Source: an uncultured Alphaproteobacteria bacterium
GTDB taxonomy: Bacteria; Pseudomonadota; Alphaproteobacteria; CBDUZE01
Assembly (NCBI GenBank): GCA_965371625.1
Contig: CBDUZE010000021.1
Coordinates: 1,725-65,724 of the forward strand
Direction: 5' to 3'
DNA: 64,000 nucleotides
Shown here: piece after piece, positions 49,638 to 59,724 of the stretch
Layout of the letters: every line of letters starts with the position of its first letter
Numbering within the stretch: position 1 is the stretch's first letter
Notes under the pieces: model-generated
What the model was told of the DNA's origin: nothing
Seen by the model: only the letters and a program-made list of their open reading frames with translations
Database searches by the model: none
Made by a program: the position numbers and the translations under genes

Positions 49638-51056
49638 CTATTCCGCGAGTAACTCAAGCAGTTGATGTCTGCTCATACCGCTCTGCGTCTCAGTCAGGGT
49701 GAGATAGGCATCGACGCCTTTGATCGCGCTCCAACGTGTCCTTGAGAGCTCGCCCCAAGAAAACGCCTCCGCCGGGTCACCCGTGCTGTGCAGGTACTTG
49801 TTTCTCAGATCATAGGCATGATCCAACCAATGGTACGCTTCATCATTACCGACAAGACGACGGTACCTTTTCATCATATTTGTTCGTACTTTCTCTTCGG
49901 GGAGAACGAGTGTAGCTTCTAGGCAACTCAGATTGGCGAGCACTTCGTCTATATCGTGTTCAGCGAATGCTTTGACAAAAAAGTGCTTAGTTAGCGGGTG
50001 GAAATTCGCACGATCTGTGCCGGCGCGCTGTAGCGCGCCCACGAGTCGATCCCACCGCCCGACCAATGAGGATTCAAGTTCCTCCGCATCCACCTCGAAA
50101 TACTCGGAGCGGTCTGGCACTTCGATTTCCTCGTACTCGTTCCCGACCAAGGTCCAACTGAGAGCCGAGGGGTTCGGAGCGTGTTGAGGCAGCGCAAAAG
50201 GATCATCGGTCGTCGAATAAAACCAAGGAATTCTGAAGGGTTTCAGTGGCTCGCCGGAGGGCTCGCCGGCAAGGCTCAATAGAACCACGAACAAGGCATC
50301 TTCGATAGGAGGAGGGTACGCCGGATCGTATAGTGGCATTTTTCCAATCTCAGCGAGGCTCTTGTCCAAGAACGACCAACTATCTCGCTTCCACACTGGT
50401 CCCGCATTTTCTTGAGCCGTCACGATCAACCAAAAAAATCCGGTCAACTGATCGGCTGGAAATCGGTATCTCTGCTCGAACCGATTCAGAGCAGCCACTG
50501 GAATGCGTTCTTCGAGAGCGTCACGGTCTAAGAACGCAATTTCGCAAGGGCCGAAGTGGATATCACTCACCTCCCTGGAAGGCGACTTCTTGGCGAGGTC
50601 AATCAGATCGAGCCTGTCCAGGGGAACAAAATATCTCCGTTCGATCTTCGACTCGAAGTAGGCCGTGTGAAGAAGCTGCCCGACCTCTAAGACATCCGGT
50701 CGGGACCCCGAATGCCAAGGCATCTCCGTCCATCGGAAGAAACGCTCCAGCGCTTCACGGTGCCGGCGCCTGCTTATATCGCTCTTTGGCTGTTTCGGAA
50801 GACGTGACCCAGCCTTGGCAGCATACAAGGCAGCGCAGTTCCGTTCGAGAAGATGGAATTTCGCAGATTCAAAAGCCCGGGCTTCGCTCTTGAACGATGA
50901 CTGGAATAGAGCCTCGAGGGATGATCGGAGATTAGTGGGAATGTCTCCCAGATTTTCGGGCATTCTGATGGCTCGCAAGGCTGGCTCGTTGTTATCTGGA
51001 ACGTTCTCGCTTTCGTCGCGCCCGATGCGATCCGCTTGGCTCTTCCTGCATCGCAA
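49638..51056 (-). CDS. hypothetical protein with a C-terminal HEPN-like domain (RNxxxH) and an unknown ~340-aa N-terminal region
   Basis: The C-terminus reads ...ANLSCLEATLVL...HAYDLRNKYLHSTG..., which is an Rx4H motif in a helical context. The composition is AT-richer. An alternative start is the ATG at 50963 (MPENLGD), which removes the overlap with the upstream ORF. Confidence 0.6.
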   Translation of the reverse strand: MRCRKSQADRIGRDESENVPDNNEPALRAIRMPENLGDIPTNLRSSLEALFQSSFKSEARAFESAKFHLLERNCAALYAAKAGSRLPKQPKSDISRRRHREALERFFRWTEMPWHSGSRPDVLEVGQLLHTAYFESKIERRYFVPLDRLDLIDLAKKSPSREVSDIHFGPCEIAFLDRDALEERIPVAALNRFEQRYRFPADQLTGFFWLIVTAQENAGPVWKRDSWSFLDKSLAEIGKMPLYDPAYPPPIEDALFVVLLSLAGEPSGEPLKPFRIPWFYSTTDDPFALPQHAPNPSALSWTLVGNEYEEIEVPDRSEYFEVDAEELESSLVGRWDRLVGALQRAGTDRANFHPLTKHFFVKAFAEHDIDEVLANLSCLEATLVLPEEKVRTNMMKRYRRLVGNDEAYHWLDHAYDLRNKYLHSTGDPAEAFSWGELSRTRWSAIKGVDAYLTLTETQSGMSRHQLLELLAE

Positions 51057-51405
51057 TCTGCAGGTTTAAGTCGAGCACTCGCTCCGGCTCTCTCCAAGCC
51101 GACCGGCAGTCGTGGGCCTCTATGGCCGCGAGCGCCCCCCTCAAGAGCACCGCGGCGCCGGCCAGCGTCCGCGGCCGGGCGTCGGCGATGAGCTCGTGGA
51201 TCTCGGCGATGTCGTCGAGCACCTCTTCGAGGCGGCGGCCGATGCGCGCGCGGTCGATGGCCGTAGGCCCCTTCGGCCAGGCGGCCTCGAGGCGCTCGTG
51301 CTCGAGCAGGAGTTCGGTGAGCTCCGCTTCCCCGGCGAGGAGATCGGCGTCGGGAGTGTCGAGGTAGGGCTCGACGCTGTGCACGGGCTGAGGATGGGCG
51401 GCCAC
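50992..51405 (-). CDS. hypothetical helical protein (GC-rich body, 3' end in AT-richer DNA)
   Basis: This is a 137-aa ORF with native-like composition, co-directional with its flanking genes. I recognise no family. Confidence 0.4.
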   Translation of the reverse strand: MAAHPQPVHSVEPYLDTPDADLLAGEAELTELLLEHERLEAAWPKGPTAIDRARIGRRLEEVLDDIAEIHELIADARPRTLAGAAVLLRGALAAIEAHDCRSAWREPERVLDLNLQIAMQEEPSGSHRARRKRERSR

Positions 51406-51446
51406 GGCGGGGAATGTCCGCGCGGGGGGCTAAAGGACCACCCCGG

Positions 51447-51854
51447 TCAAGTCAGGTCCTGCTTCTTCTGCTCAAACTCCTCGCGGTCGATCTCGCCGCG
51501 GGCGTAGCGCTCTTCGAGGATGGCGAGAGGCGTTTGCCGGTCCGGCGGCCCCCCCATTGTTCGGATGTAGTGCGTGATTGCGAGATCCACGAGAACGCCT
51601 TGCTCCATCGCGAATCCGGTTATGAACAGGAGCGAACCCCAACTGGGCTGCTCGATCTCTCCGAGCACGCCAAGAAATGATGAGCAGATGATCAGCCCGA
51701 CCGGCAACCCGATTGCCCACCGTTGTGCAAAGCTCGGACGGCCCGCGCCGTGAAAGGCTAAGTGCAGAAATAATAGCCCAAGAAAATATCCAAAGTACGG
51801 AAGCCCTACATTCACCAGTGTGATTTGCCAAATCGGTTCCGGCAATATCTCCAT
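51447..51854 (-). CDS. membrane protein with a C-terminal SHOCT domain
   Basis: There are three or four hydrophobic segments. The C-terminus LAILEERYARGEIDREEFEQKKQDL is the SHOCT signature. Confidence 0.65.
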   Translation of the reverse strand: MEILPEPIWQITLVNVGLPYFGYFLGLLFLHLAFHGAGRPSFAQRWAIGLPVGLIICSSFLGVLGEIEQPSWGSLLFITGFAMEQGVLVDLAITHYIRTMGGPPDRQTPLAILEERYARGEIDREEFEQKKQDLT

Positions 51855-51869
51855 ATTGCCGCTCCTCGA

Positions 51870-52241
51870 TTATTTCTTGAGCCTGTCAAGCGCGAACAAA
51901 TATTCTTCGCCACCGTAGTAGACCCATCCCGTTGGCGGGTCTACGTTTGGATCTTGGCGCTGGATCTTCACCCATTTCTGATACCCGTAGAACGACGGAT
52001 ATTGCCTGATGGCGGTGATCTTGACAGTCTCGCCTTTCTTCAAAACGCCGACGAGGTCCCCTTTTTCGTACCAAAGGAACCTTCCGGCCGGCGCCGAATC
52101 ACGGAGGTTCATGTCGCCATTGGCCTGGGCCACAGCGCCGACTTGGATGATGCCGGGCGCGTCGTAACTCTGCGCTGAAAGGCCGGACCAGACTATGCCG
52201 ATAAGAACGACCGCTGCCAGGGGCAAAGAGTATCGAGCCAT
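51870..52241 (-). CDS. secreted small protein, bacterial SH3-like
   Basis: The ATG at 52241 is preceded by a strong SD (ggaggagagg). It has a signal peptide (MARYSLPLAAVVLIGIVWSGLSA). NLRDSAP...G.L.KGETVKI......WVKI resembles SH3b. Confidence 0.55.
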   Translation of the reverse strand: MARYSLPLAAVVLIGIVWSGLSAQSYDAPGIIQVGAVAQANGDMNLRDSAPAGRFLWYEKGDLVGVLKKGETVKITAIRQYPSFYGYQKWVKIQRQDPNVDPPTGWVYYGGEEYLFALDRLKK

Positions 52242-52664
52242 CCTCTCCTCCTTTACAGGGCGATGCCTCCCGGATACTCGCCAACACCAGCGATCCCGCC
52301 CGAAGCGCGGCAACACTCGCGCCGTGGGGCGAGGAATTCTTATTATATGATGGCAGGTCATTATACAGTCAAACCTTTACGAAATCTGGTCATCCATCAC
52401 ATTCGGTGCACTTTTTTTTTGGCTCTGCTGTGGGCGATATTATCATTTATAATCAATGGGTTACTACACATGTAACCGCGTCGGCCCCAAAATGGCCTTG
52501 GCGTTGCCCGCCGTTTTCGGCCATCCTTCTTCGCGGCGGTGCCCGGCAGTAGATCTCTCCCAATTACCCGGCGGGCAGGGCCATCAACGCCTCCCTGGCC
52601 ACGGCCCCGGCCCGGACTGTCAAGACCGGCCCTCGCGCGTGCGTGTGGTGGTCGCGAAACCAGT

Positions 52665-53057
52665 TCAGGCGAGGGACCAGAACATGGCCGCGAGACCGGC
52701 GGAAACGATCACGCCCCAGGTCAGGTTCATTCCCACGAACCGTCCCGGGGTCGTGCCGCGGTCGTGGCGCAAGCCGAGCGCATGGGCGACGCGGCCCGCG
52801 ATCAACGCCACGCCGAGGCCATGAAGCGCCCATGACGGGGTGCCCGCGCTCTCGGCCAGCATCATCAGTACCAAGGCCATGGGCACATATTCGGCGAAGT
52901 TGCCGAACACCCGAATGCCGAGCATCATGTCCGGATTGCCGCCGTCCTGCAGGGTGACCCGGTGCTTGCCGCGAAGGCGCACCACCTGGGCGGCCAGAAA
53001 AACCATCATCAGGGCGAGCAGCCCCGCGTAGATCGCCGTGACTTTGAACATGGTCAT
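52665..53057 (-). CDS. MAPEG family membrane protein
   Basis: It is about 130 aa with 3-4 TM segments. Motifs are [25 protein letters not shown] and RVAHALG. Confidence 0.8.
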   Translation of the reverse strand: MTMFKVTAIYAGLLALMMVFLAAQVVRLRGKHRVTLQDGGNPDMMLGIRVFGNFAEYVPMALVLMMLAESAGTPSWALHGLGVALIAGRVAHALGLRHDRGTTPGRFVGMNLTWGVIVSAGLAAMFWSLA

Positions 53058-53385
53058 TTATCCCGACATTCCGCAGATGAGTCCGCATCCGGGCCCGCAT
53101 TGTCAAGATCGCCCCCGCAGGTACTGGGTCGCGAAACGGGACCCCGCTCGGGCGCTGGCCGCCGGCCACGAACCCCTCAGCCGCCCGCTGGTGCGCGAAA
53201 GGGGCCGGCTAGGTCGGAGACCCCACCCGCCGACCCCGGTTCCCCTCGCCCTGGGGCGCGGCACGGCGACGGCGGGGGCACGCTGGCGCCGCCCCGATAC
53301 CAATTTTCACCAAGCACCGGCGCTTGCCGCCACCGGCGGGTGCGGCTATTTTCGAGAACTCTGGCTCCGAGCAGGGATGCTGATC

Positions 53386-54261
53386 ATGTTCAAGGGTTCC
53401 TTTGTCGCGCTCATCACGCCGTTCCAGGACGGCCAGGTGGACGAAAGCGCCTTCCAGTCCTTCGTCGAATGGCAAATCGACGAGGGCACGGACGGGCTGG
53501 TTCCCTGCGGCACTACGGGCGAGTCGCCGACGCTCGACCACGCCGAGCACATGCGGGTGACCGAGCTCTGCATCGAGGCGGCGGCGGGACGGGTGCCGGT
53601 GCTCGCCGGCACCGGCTCCAACTCGACCGACGAGGCGCTGAGTCTGACGCGCCACGCCAAGGAAGCCGGCGCCACCGGCGCCCTGGTGGTGACGCCCTAC
53701 TACAACAAGCCGACTCAAGAGGGCCTCTATCAGCACTTCAAGACGCTGGCCGAGACGGTCGACCTCCCGATCGTCATCTACAACATCCCCAGCCGCAGCA
53801 TCGTCGACATGTCGGTCGAGACCATGGCCCGCCTGGCCGAGCTGCCCAACGTGGTGGGCGTCAAGGACGCCACCGCCAAGCTCGACCGGGTGTCGAAGCA
53901 GCGCCTCGCCATCGGCCCCGACTTCATCCAGCTCTCGGGCGAGGACGCCACCGCCCTGGCGCTCAACGCCCACGGCGGCCACGGCTGCATCTCGGTGAGC
54001 GCCAACGTGGCGCCGCGGGCCTGCGCCGAGTTCCAGCACGCCTGCTCGAGCGGCGACTACGCCGCCGCGCTCCGGCTTCAGGATCGCCTGATGCCGCTCC
54101 ACGAGGCGCTCTTCGTCGAGACCAGCCCGGCGCCCGTCAAGTACGCCGCGAGCTTGCTCGGCAAGTGCAGCGCCGAGGTCAGGCTCCCCCTCGTCGGGGT
54201 CATGGACTTGACCAAGGAGCTGGTGAAGACGGCGCTGCAGTCGGCCGGCCTGCTCAACTGA
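53386..54261 (+). CDS. dapA: 4-hydroxy-tetrahydrodipicolinate synthase
   Basis: [13 protein letters not shown]...[11 protein letters not shown]...GTGSNST...[13 protein letters not shown]...IPSRS matches DapA. An alternative start is the ATG at 53377. Confidence 0.95.
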   Translation: MFKGSFVALITPFQDGQVDESAFQSFVEWQIDEGTDGLVPCGTTGESPTLDHAEHMRVTELCIEAAAGRVPVLAGTGSNSTDEALSLTRHAKEAGATGALVVTPYYNKPTQEGLYQHFKTLAETVDLPIVIYNIPSRSIVDMSVETMARLAELPNVVGVKDATAKLDRVSKQRLAIGPDFIQLSGEDATALALNAHGGHGCISVSANVAPRACAEFQHACSSGDYAAALRLQDRLMPLHEALFVETSPAPVKYAASLLGKCSAEVRLPLVGVMDLTKELVKTALQSAGLLN

Positions 54262-54267
54262 GCGGCG

Positions 54268-54744
54268 GTGATGGCGGCCCGCCAACGGCGTCCAGGCCGC
54301 GTCGCAGCCGACAACCGCAAGGCCCGCCGCAACTATTTCATCGAGGAGACGCTCGAGGCCGGCATCGTGCTCGAAGGCAGCGAGGTCAAGTCGCTCCGCG
54401 CCGGGCGCGCCAGCCTCGCCGAGTCCTACGCCACCGATCGCGATGGCGAGATCTATCTTGTGAACGCCCACATCGCCCCTTACGACCCGGCGAGCCGCTC
54501 GGGGCATGCGCCGCGCCGCCCGCGCAAGCTGCTGCTCCGCAAGCGCGAGCTCAACCGGCTCATCGGCGCGGTGCGCCGCGAGGGCATGACGCTGGTGCCG
54601 CTCAGCCTCTATTTCAACGACCGGGGACTGGCCAAGGTGGCGCTGGCGCTGGCCAAGGGCAAGAAGCTTCACGACAAACGCGCCACCGAGAAGGCACGCG
54701 CCTGGGCCCGCGAGAAGCAGCGGCTGCTGCGCGAAAAGGGGTGA
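54268..54744 (+). CDS. smpB: SsrA-binding protein
   Basis: [29 protein letters not shown]...[10 protein letters not shown]...RKLLLRKRE matches SmpB. Confidence 0.95.
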   Translation: MMAARQRRPGRVAADNRKARRNYFIEETLEAGIVLEGSEVKSLRAGRASLAESYATDRDGEIYLVNAHIAPYDPASRSGHAPRRPRKLLLRKRELNRLIGAVRREGMTLVPLSLYFNDRGLAKVALALAKGKKLHDKRATEKARAWAREKQRLLREKG

Positions 54745-54879
54745 GACCGAAGCTCAAGGCGATCGGATCGTCTTGACTTTCGAAGCCCGCCACGACCCGC
54801 CGCCTCGTGGTCGTACCACAAAACCCACGGCCTATAACCCGGGGTCGGGTTGGCGCCGCCGATGGCCGGAGGAAACCGC

Positions 54880-55542
54880 TCAGCCGCCGTCGAGGCGCCG
54901 GCGCAAGCTCTCGAAGACGGCGTGGAACATCGCTTCGGTCAGCCGTCTCGTGTTCAGGTTGTAGCGTGAGCAATGGTAGCTGTCGGCGAGCACAAGACCG
55001 CTCTCGAGCTCGTGGACGGCGCCGTGGGCGAAGGGGAAGTCCTTCTGCCTGAGAGCGAGCGCCGCGATCATCGATTTGTGGGCCACGGTGCCGAGCGCCA
55101 GGATCGCCTCGAGCTCGCTGAGCGCGGCGATCTCGTCCTTCAGGTACGGGCGGCAGGCCGCCGTCTCGCCGCCCGTGGGCCGGTTCTCGGGCGGCACGCA
55201 GCGCACCGCGTTGGTGACCCGGCAGCCGACCAGCTCGAGGCCGTCGTCGGCGCGGGCGGCGAAGGCGCCGCGGGCGAAGCCGAAGCGAATCAGGGTGGGA
55301 TAGAGCAGGTCGCCCGCGTAATCGCCGGTGAACGGCCGGCCGGTGCGGTTGGCGCCCCGCAGCCCGGGCGCCAGGCCGATCACCAAGAGGCGCGCGCCGA
55401 GGCCGCCGAACGCCGGCACCGGCGCGTTGTGCCACTCGGGGTGGGCGGCGCGGTTGGCGGCGCGAAACTCAGCCAGCCGCGGGCACAGCGGGCAATTGGC
55501 GCCGGGAAGACGGGCCGGGCCGGGCCGGCGGGCAACGCTCAC
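54880..55542 (-). CDS. uracil-DNA glycosylase family protein (family 5/UdgB-like motif)
   Basis: It has a Cys cluster (CPLCPRL), motif A GLAPGLRGANRTGRPFTGD and motif B HCSRYN. Confidence 0.85.
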   Translation of the reverse strand: MSVARRPGPARLPGANCPLCPRLAEFRAANRAAHPEWHNAPVPAFGGLGARLLVIGLAPGLRGANRTGRPFTGDYAGDLLYPTLIRFGFARGAFAARADDGLELVGCRVTNAVRCVPPENRPTGGETAACRPYLKDEIAALSELEAILALGTVAHKSMIAALALRQKDFPFAHGAVHELESGLVLADSYHCSRYNLNTRRLTEAMFHAVFESLRRRLDGG

Positions 55543-56144
55543 GCGGTCTCGCGATAGGGATCGTCGTCCTCGCCGTCGTGATCCTCGTCGTCGTGCCGAT
55601 GCTGGTCGCGGTGGTAGTACTCGCGCTCGATCTCGGGCTGCAGATCCAAAAGCTCGATGAAGTGGTCGGCCTGACGCCTGAGCTCGTCGGCCACCATGGG
55701 CGGTGACGAGCGCACCGTCGAGACCACCGAGACCCGCACGCCCCGGCGCTGCACCGCTTCGACCAGGCGCCGGAAATCGCCATCGCCCGAAAACAGCACG
55801 ACGTGGTCGAGGTGGCGGGCCATCTCCATCACGTCGATGGCGAGCTCGATGTCCATGTTGCCCTTGATCTTGCGCCGGCCGGCGGCGTCGGTGAACTCCT
55901 TGGTCGGCTTGGTGACCATGGTGTAGCCGTTGTAGTCGAGCCAGTCGACGAGCGGCCGGATGGGCGAGTACTCCTGGTCCTCCAACAGCGCGGTGTAGTA
56001 GAAGGCGCGCACCATGTGGCCATGGGCGGAGAACACCTCCAACAGGCGCTTGTAATCGATGTCGAACCCCAGCGCGCGGGCCGCGGCATAGAGGTTCGAT
56101 CCATCGATAAACATCGCGAATCGTTCTTCGGGATAAAACTTCAT
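55539..56144 (-). CDS. NYN domain (LabA-like) protein
   Basis: FIDGSNLY...KGNMDIELAIDVME...VLFSGDGDF matches the family. It has an acidic His/Asp-rich tail. Confidence 0.8.
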   Translation of the reverse strand: MKFYPEERFAMFIDGSNLYAAARALGFDIDYKRLLEVFSAHGHMVRAFYYTALLEDQEYSPIRPLVDWLDYNGYTMVTKPTKEFTDAAGRRKIKGNMDIELAIDVMEMARHLDHVVLFSGDGDFRRLVEAVQRRGVRVSVVSTVRSSPPMVADELRRQADHFIELLDLQPEIEREYYHRDQHRHDDEDHDGEDDDPYRETA

Positions 56145-56324
56145 AACATCATGTCCTCAATAAAATATAGTTCGTGAAGTCTGAACGAACGGTTATGGCT
56201 CCATTGCCGTCCATGCCTCGTATCCGAACGGCCGCCACGGCGGCGGCTCGAGAACTCGCTGGACGCACCAAGAATTTAGTGTCTTTCAGGGACTGGGCAA
56301 GGGGCTTGGGCGCGGGTCAATGCT

Positions 56325-56855
56325 TTGATTTTAATCAGCTTAGGCGCGAATCTGCCGAGTTCCGAGCATGGCCCGCCGCAGGCCACGCTGGAGGCCGCGT
56401 TGGCCGCGATCGAGGCCGCAGGCGTGGCCGTGAGCACTCGTTCGCGCTGGTATCGAAGCCGACCCGTGCCGCCCTCGGCGCAGCCCTGGTTCGTCAACGC
56501 CGTAGCGGTGCTGGCGACCGCGCTCGAGCCGGTGCCGCTGATGGCGTTGCTTCACGAGGTGGAGCGGCGCTTCGGGCGTCGGCGAGGCCGGCGCTGGGAG
56601 GCGCGAGTGATCGACCTCGACCTGCTGGCCTATCACGAGCTGATCTTGAGACCCGGCGAAGGGTCGGGGGGCCTGGTGCTGCCCCACCCGCGGCTCCATG
56701 AGCGCGCCTTCGTGGTGCGCCCGCTTGCCGAGGTGGCGCCCGCCTGGCGCCATCCCGAGTCGGGCCGCGGCGTTGCCGAGCTGATCCGGGGCTTGAGCCC
56801 CGACCAGATCGCCGAGCCGCTCGAGCAATCCTTGGCAGCCCCGCAACAGCGATAG
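56325..56855 (+). CDS. folK: 2-amino-4-hydroxy-6-hydroxymethyldihydropteridine diphosphokinase
   Basis: ILISLGANL...SRWYRSRPV...FVNAVA...RVIDLDLL...LPHPRLHERAFV matches FolK. Confidence 0.9.
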   Translation: MILISLGANLPSSEHGPPQATLEAALAAIEAAGVAVSTRSRWYRSRPVPPSAQPWFVNAVAVLATALEPVPLMALLHEVERRFGRRRGRRWEARVIDLDLLAYHELILRPGEGSGGLVLPHPRLHERAFVVRPLAEVAPAWRHPESGRGVAELIRGLSPDQIAEPLEQSLAAPQQR

Positions 56856-56935
56856 TCTTCTCGGTCGGTCTTGTCTTCTAAGGCGCGAGCGAATAGTTAT
56901 TAGACGCTGAGGGATCTTGTCGCGGAGGCGATGGC

Positions 56936-57337
56936 ATGGCGCGCGTAACTGTCGAAGACTGCATCCTCAAGGTGCCCAACCCATTCGACCTGGTGCTTTA
57001 TTCGGCGCACCGGGCCCGGGGCATCGCCGCCGGCGAGCCGCTGACGATAGAGCGCGACAACGACAAGAACCCGGTGGTGGCGTTGCGCGAGATCGCCGAA
57101 GAGACGATCGACCTGGTGAAGCTGGACCAGAGCGTCGTCCAGGGTTTGCAGAAACACCTGGAGGTGGACGAGCCCGAGGAGGACTCCTTGTCTCTCACGC
57201 TGCCGACACTGGAATGGGCCGAGGGGGAGTCGCCCGCGATGGAAGCGGAGACGGTCGACGAGGCCGCCGAAAAGGCGACCGAGGAGACCGAGCAGCTCAG
57301 TGAACCGGAGAGCGAGCAGGACGCCGACGGGACCTGA
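56936..57337 (+). CDS. rpoZ: DNA-directed RNA polymerase subunit omega
   Basis: [28 protein letters not shown] matches RpoZ. It has an acidic C-terminal tail. Confidence 0.95.
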   Translation: MARVTVEDCILKVPNPFDLVLYSAHRARGIAAGEPLTIERDNDKNPVVALREIAEETIDLVKLDQSVVQGLQKHLEVDEPEEDSLSLTLPTLEWAEGESPAMEAETVDEAAEKATEETEQLSEPESEQDADGT

Positions 57338-57451
57338 GCGAGGCTTGCTGCGCGCGAGGTCGGGACCAGCCGCCGCAGCCGCCGGGTCGGCACATCCAAA
57401 ATCCTCTGGCCGCGATGAGGAGCGCCCCGTGACGGGCTGGCGGCTGGCGCC

Positions 57452-59599
57452 ATGATCCGTCAATACGAGCTGGTGGAGCGGGTGCGCGCCTACGACCCGG
57501 GCGCCGACGAGGACATGCTCAACCGCGCCTACGTGTTCTCGATGCGGGCGCATGGCACCCAGATCCGCGAGTCGGGCGATGCCTATTTCCTGCATCCGCT
57601 CGAGGTCGCCGGCATCCTTTCCGACCTCAAGCTCGATAGCGCCTCGATCGTCACCGCGCTTCTCCACGACACCGTCGAGGACACGGTCGCGACGCTCGAC
57701 GAGATCGAGGCTCAGTTCGGCACCGAGATCGCCCGGCTGGTCGACGGAGTCACCAAGCTCGGCCGCCTCGAGATGCAGTCCGATCAGGCCAAGCAGGCGG
57801 AGAACTTCCGCAAGCTCCTGCTGGCGATGTCGAACGATTTGCGGGTGCTGCTGGTCAAGCTCGCCGATCGCTTGCACAACATGCGCACCCTGGCGCACGT
57901 GCGCAAGCCCGAGAAACGCCGCCGCATCGCCCTCGAGACAATGGAGATCTACGCCCCGCTCGCCGAGCGCATCGGCATGCAGGAGATGAAGGGCGAGCTC
58001 GAGGATCTGGCCTTCGCCGAGCTCAATCCGGACGCCCGCAACTCGGTCATCGCCCGGCTCGAGTTCCTGCGCGCCGAGGGCATCGACCTGGTGGCGAGGA
58101 TCACCGACGAGCTCGAGCGCAAGCTCGAGGCGGCCGGCATCCGGGTCTGGATCTCGGGGCGCGAAAAGCGGCCCTACTCGGTGTGGCGCAAGATGGAGCG
58201 CAACAACATCTCCTTCGAGCTGCTCTCCGATATCATGGCCTTTCGCGTCGTGGTCGACGACGTTGCGATCTGTTACCAGGCTTTGGGCGCCATCCACGCC
58301 GCCTATCCCATGGTGCCGGAGCGCTTCAAGGACTACATCTCGACGCCCAAGCGCAACAACTACCGCTCCATCCACACCACGGTCATCGGACCCGAGCAGC
58401 GGCGCATCGAGGTGCAGATCCGTACCAAGGAGATGCACGGCGTGGCCGAGTACGGCGTCGCCGCGCACTGGCAGTACAAGGAGGGCGGGCGCCATACCGA
58501 CGGCAGCCAGTATCGCTGGATCCGCGAGCTCCTCGAGATCCTGGACCACGCCTCGAACCCCGAGGAGTTCCTCGAGCACACCAAGCTCGAGATGTTCCAG
58601 GACCAGGTCTTCTGCTTCACGCCCAAAGGCGACCTGATCGCTCTGCCCCGTGGCGCCACCCCGGTCGACTTCGCCTACGCGGTGCACACTCAGGTCGGCG
58701 ACACCTGCGTCGGCGCCAAGATCAACGGCCGCATCGTGCCCTTGCGGACTCAGCTCAGAAACGGCGATCAGGTCGAGGTCGTGCGCTCCAAGGCGCAGAC
58801 CCCCTCGCCGACCTGGGAAAGCTTCGTCGTCACCGGTAAGGCGCGCTCCGCCATTCGTCGCTTCGTCCGCAACAAGCAGCGCTCCGAGTACGTCGGGCTC
58901 GGCAAGTCCATCCTCCAGCGCGCCTTCGAGAAGGGGGGGCACGAGCTTACCGACAAGGGTCTCGGTCGGGCGCTCACGGTACTGACGCAGAGCTCCATCG
59001 ACGACCTCTACGGGGCGGTCGGCCAGGGGCTGTTCACGGGGCGCCAGGTGATCGAGGCGGTGTTCCCGGGCGAGAAGCTCAGGAGGCGCGCCGCCAAGGT
59101 GATCCCGCTGCCCCGCCGGCGCGCCAAGAAGGCCACGGAAGGCGCCCACGCGGTGCCCATCCGGGGCCTGATTCCGGGCATGGCGGTGCACTTCGCGGGC
59201 TGCTGCCATCCGTTGCCCGGCGACCGCATCGTCGGCATCGTCACCACCGGCAAGGGCGTCACCATCCACACCATCGACTGCGAGACCCTCGAGGGCTACA
59301 ACGACGTCCCCGAGCGTTGGCTCGACGTATCGTGGAGCGTCGATCCAAATGGCGACGACGCCCATGTCGCCCGCATCACCACCATCATCGCCAACGAGCC
59401 GGGAAGCTTGAGCACCCTCTCGTCGGTGATCGCCAAGAACCTCGGCAACATCTCGAATCTCAAGATCACCAACCGTACGCCCGAGTTCTTCGAGATGACC
59501 GTCGACATCGAGGTGCGCGACGTCACCCACCTCACCGGCATCATCGCCGCACTCCGCGCCAACCCCTCGATCGCCTCGGTCGACCGCGCCCGTGGTTGA
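57452..59599 (+). CDS. spoT: bifunctional (p)ppGpp synthetase/hydrolase (RelA/SpoT homolog)
   Basis: It has an HD domain (HPLEVA...LHDTVEDT), a synthetase domain (YRSIHTTV, EVQIRT), a TGS domain and a C-terminal ACT domain. Confidence 0.95.
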   Translation: MIRQYELVERVRAYDPGADEDMLNRAYVFSMRAHGTQIRESGDAYFLHPLEVAGILSDLKLDSASIVTALLHDTVEDTVATLDEIEAQFGTEIARLVDGVTKLGRLEMQSDQAKQAENFRKLLLAMSNDLRVLLVKLADRLHNMRTLAHVRKPEKRRRIALETMEIYAPLAERIGMQEMKGELEDLAFAELNPDARNSVIARLEFLRAEGIDLVARITDELERKLEAAGIRVWISGREKRPYSVWRKMERNNISFELLSDIMAFRVVVDDVAICYQALGAIHAAYPMVPERFKDYISTPKRNNYRSIHTTVIGPEQRRIEVQIRTKEMHGVAEYGVAAHWQYKEGGRHTDGSQYRWIRELLEILDHASNPEEFLEHTKLEMFQDQVFCFTPKGDLIALPRGATPVDFAYAVHTQVGDTCVGAKINGRIVPLRTQLRNGDQVEVVRSKAQTPSPTWESFVVTGKARSAIRRFVRNKQRSEYVGLGKSILQRAFEKGGHELTDKGLGRALTVLTQSSIDDLYGAVGQGLFTGRQVIEAVFPGEKLRRRAAKVIPLPRRRAKKATEGAHAVPIRGLIPGMAVHFAGCCHPLPGDRIVGIVTTGKGVTIHTIDCETLEGYNDVPERWLDVSWSVDPNGDDAHVARITTIIANEPGSLSTLSSVIAKNLGNISNLKITNRTPEFFEMTVDIEVRDVTHLTGIIAALRANPSIASVDRARG

Positions 59600-59724
59600 G
59601 CGCTCGGACGGACCGGGAGCAGGGATGAGGCGGGCGCGGGTGTCGAGCTCCGTTGGTGCGGCGGGCCCCGGGTTCGGGGGCTTGTCCGCCGCCGCCGCCA
59701 GCGGCAGGGCCTGAGAGGTCCGGG

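Noticed and set aside
52411-52420. A T9 run as a rho-independent terminator.
   Set aside because: No GC-rich stem immediately precedes the T tract on either strand.
47940-52460. A classical genomic island with integrase, tRNA att site and flanking direct repeats.
   Set aside because: I recognise no integrase or recombinase ORF, no tRNA-like sequence and no direct repeats at either border. I describe it only as a compositional mosaic.
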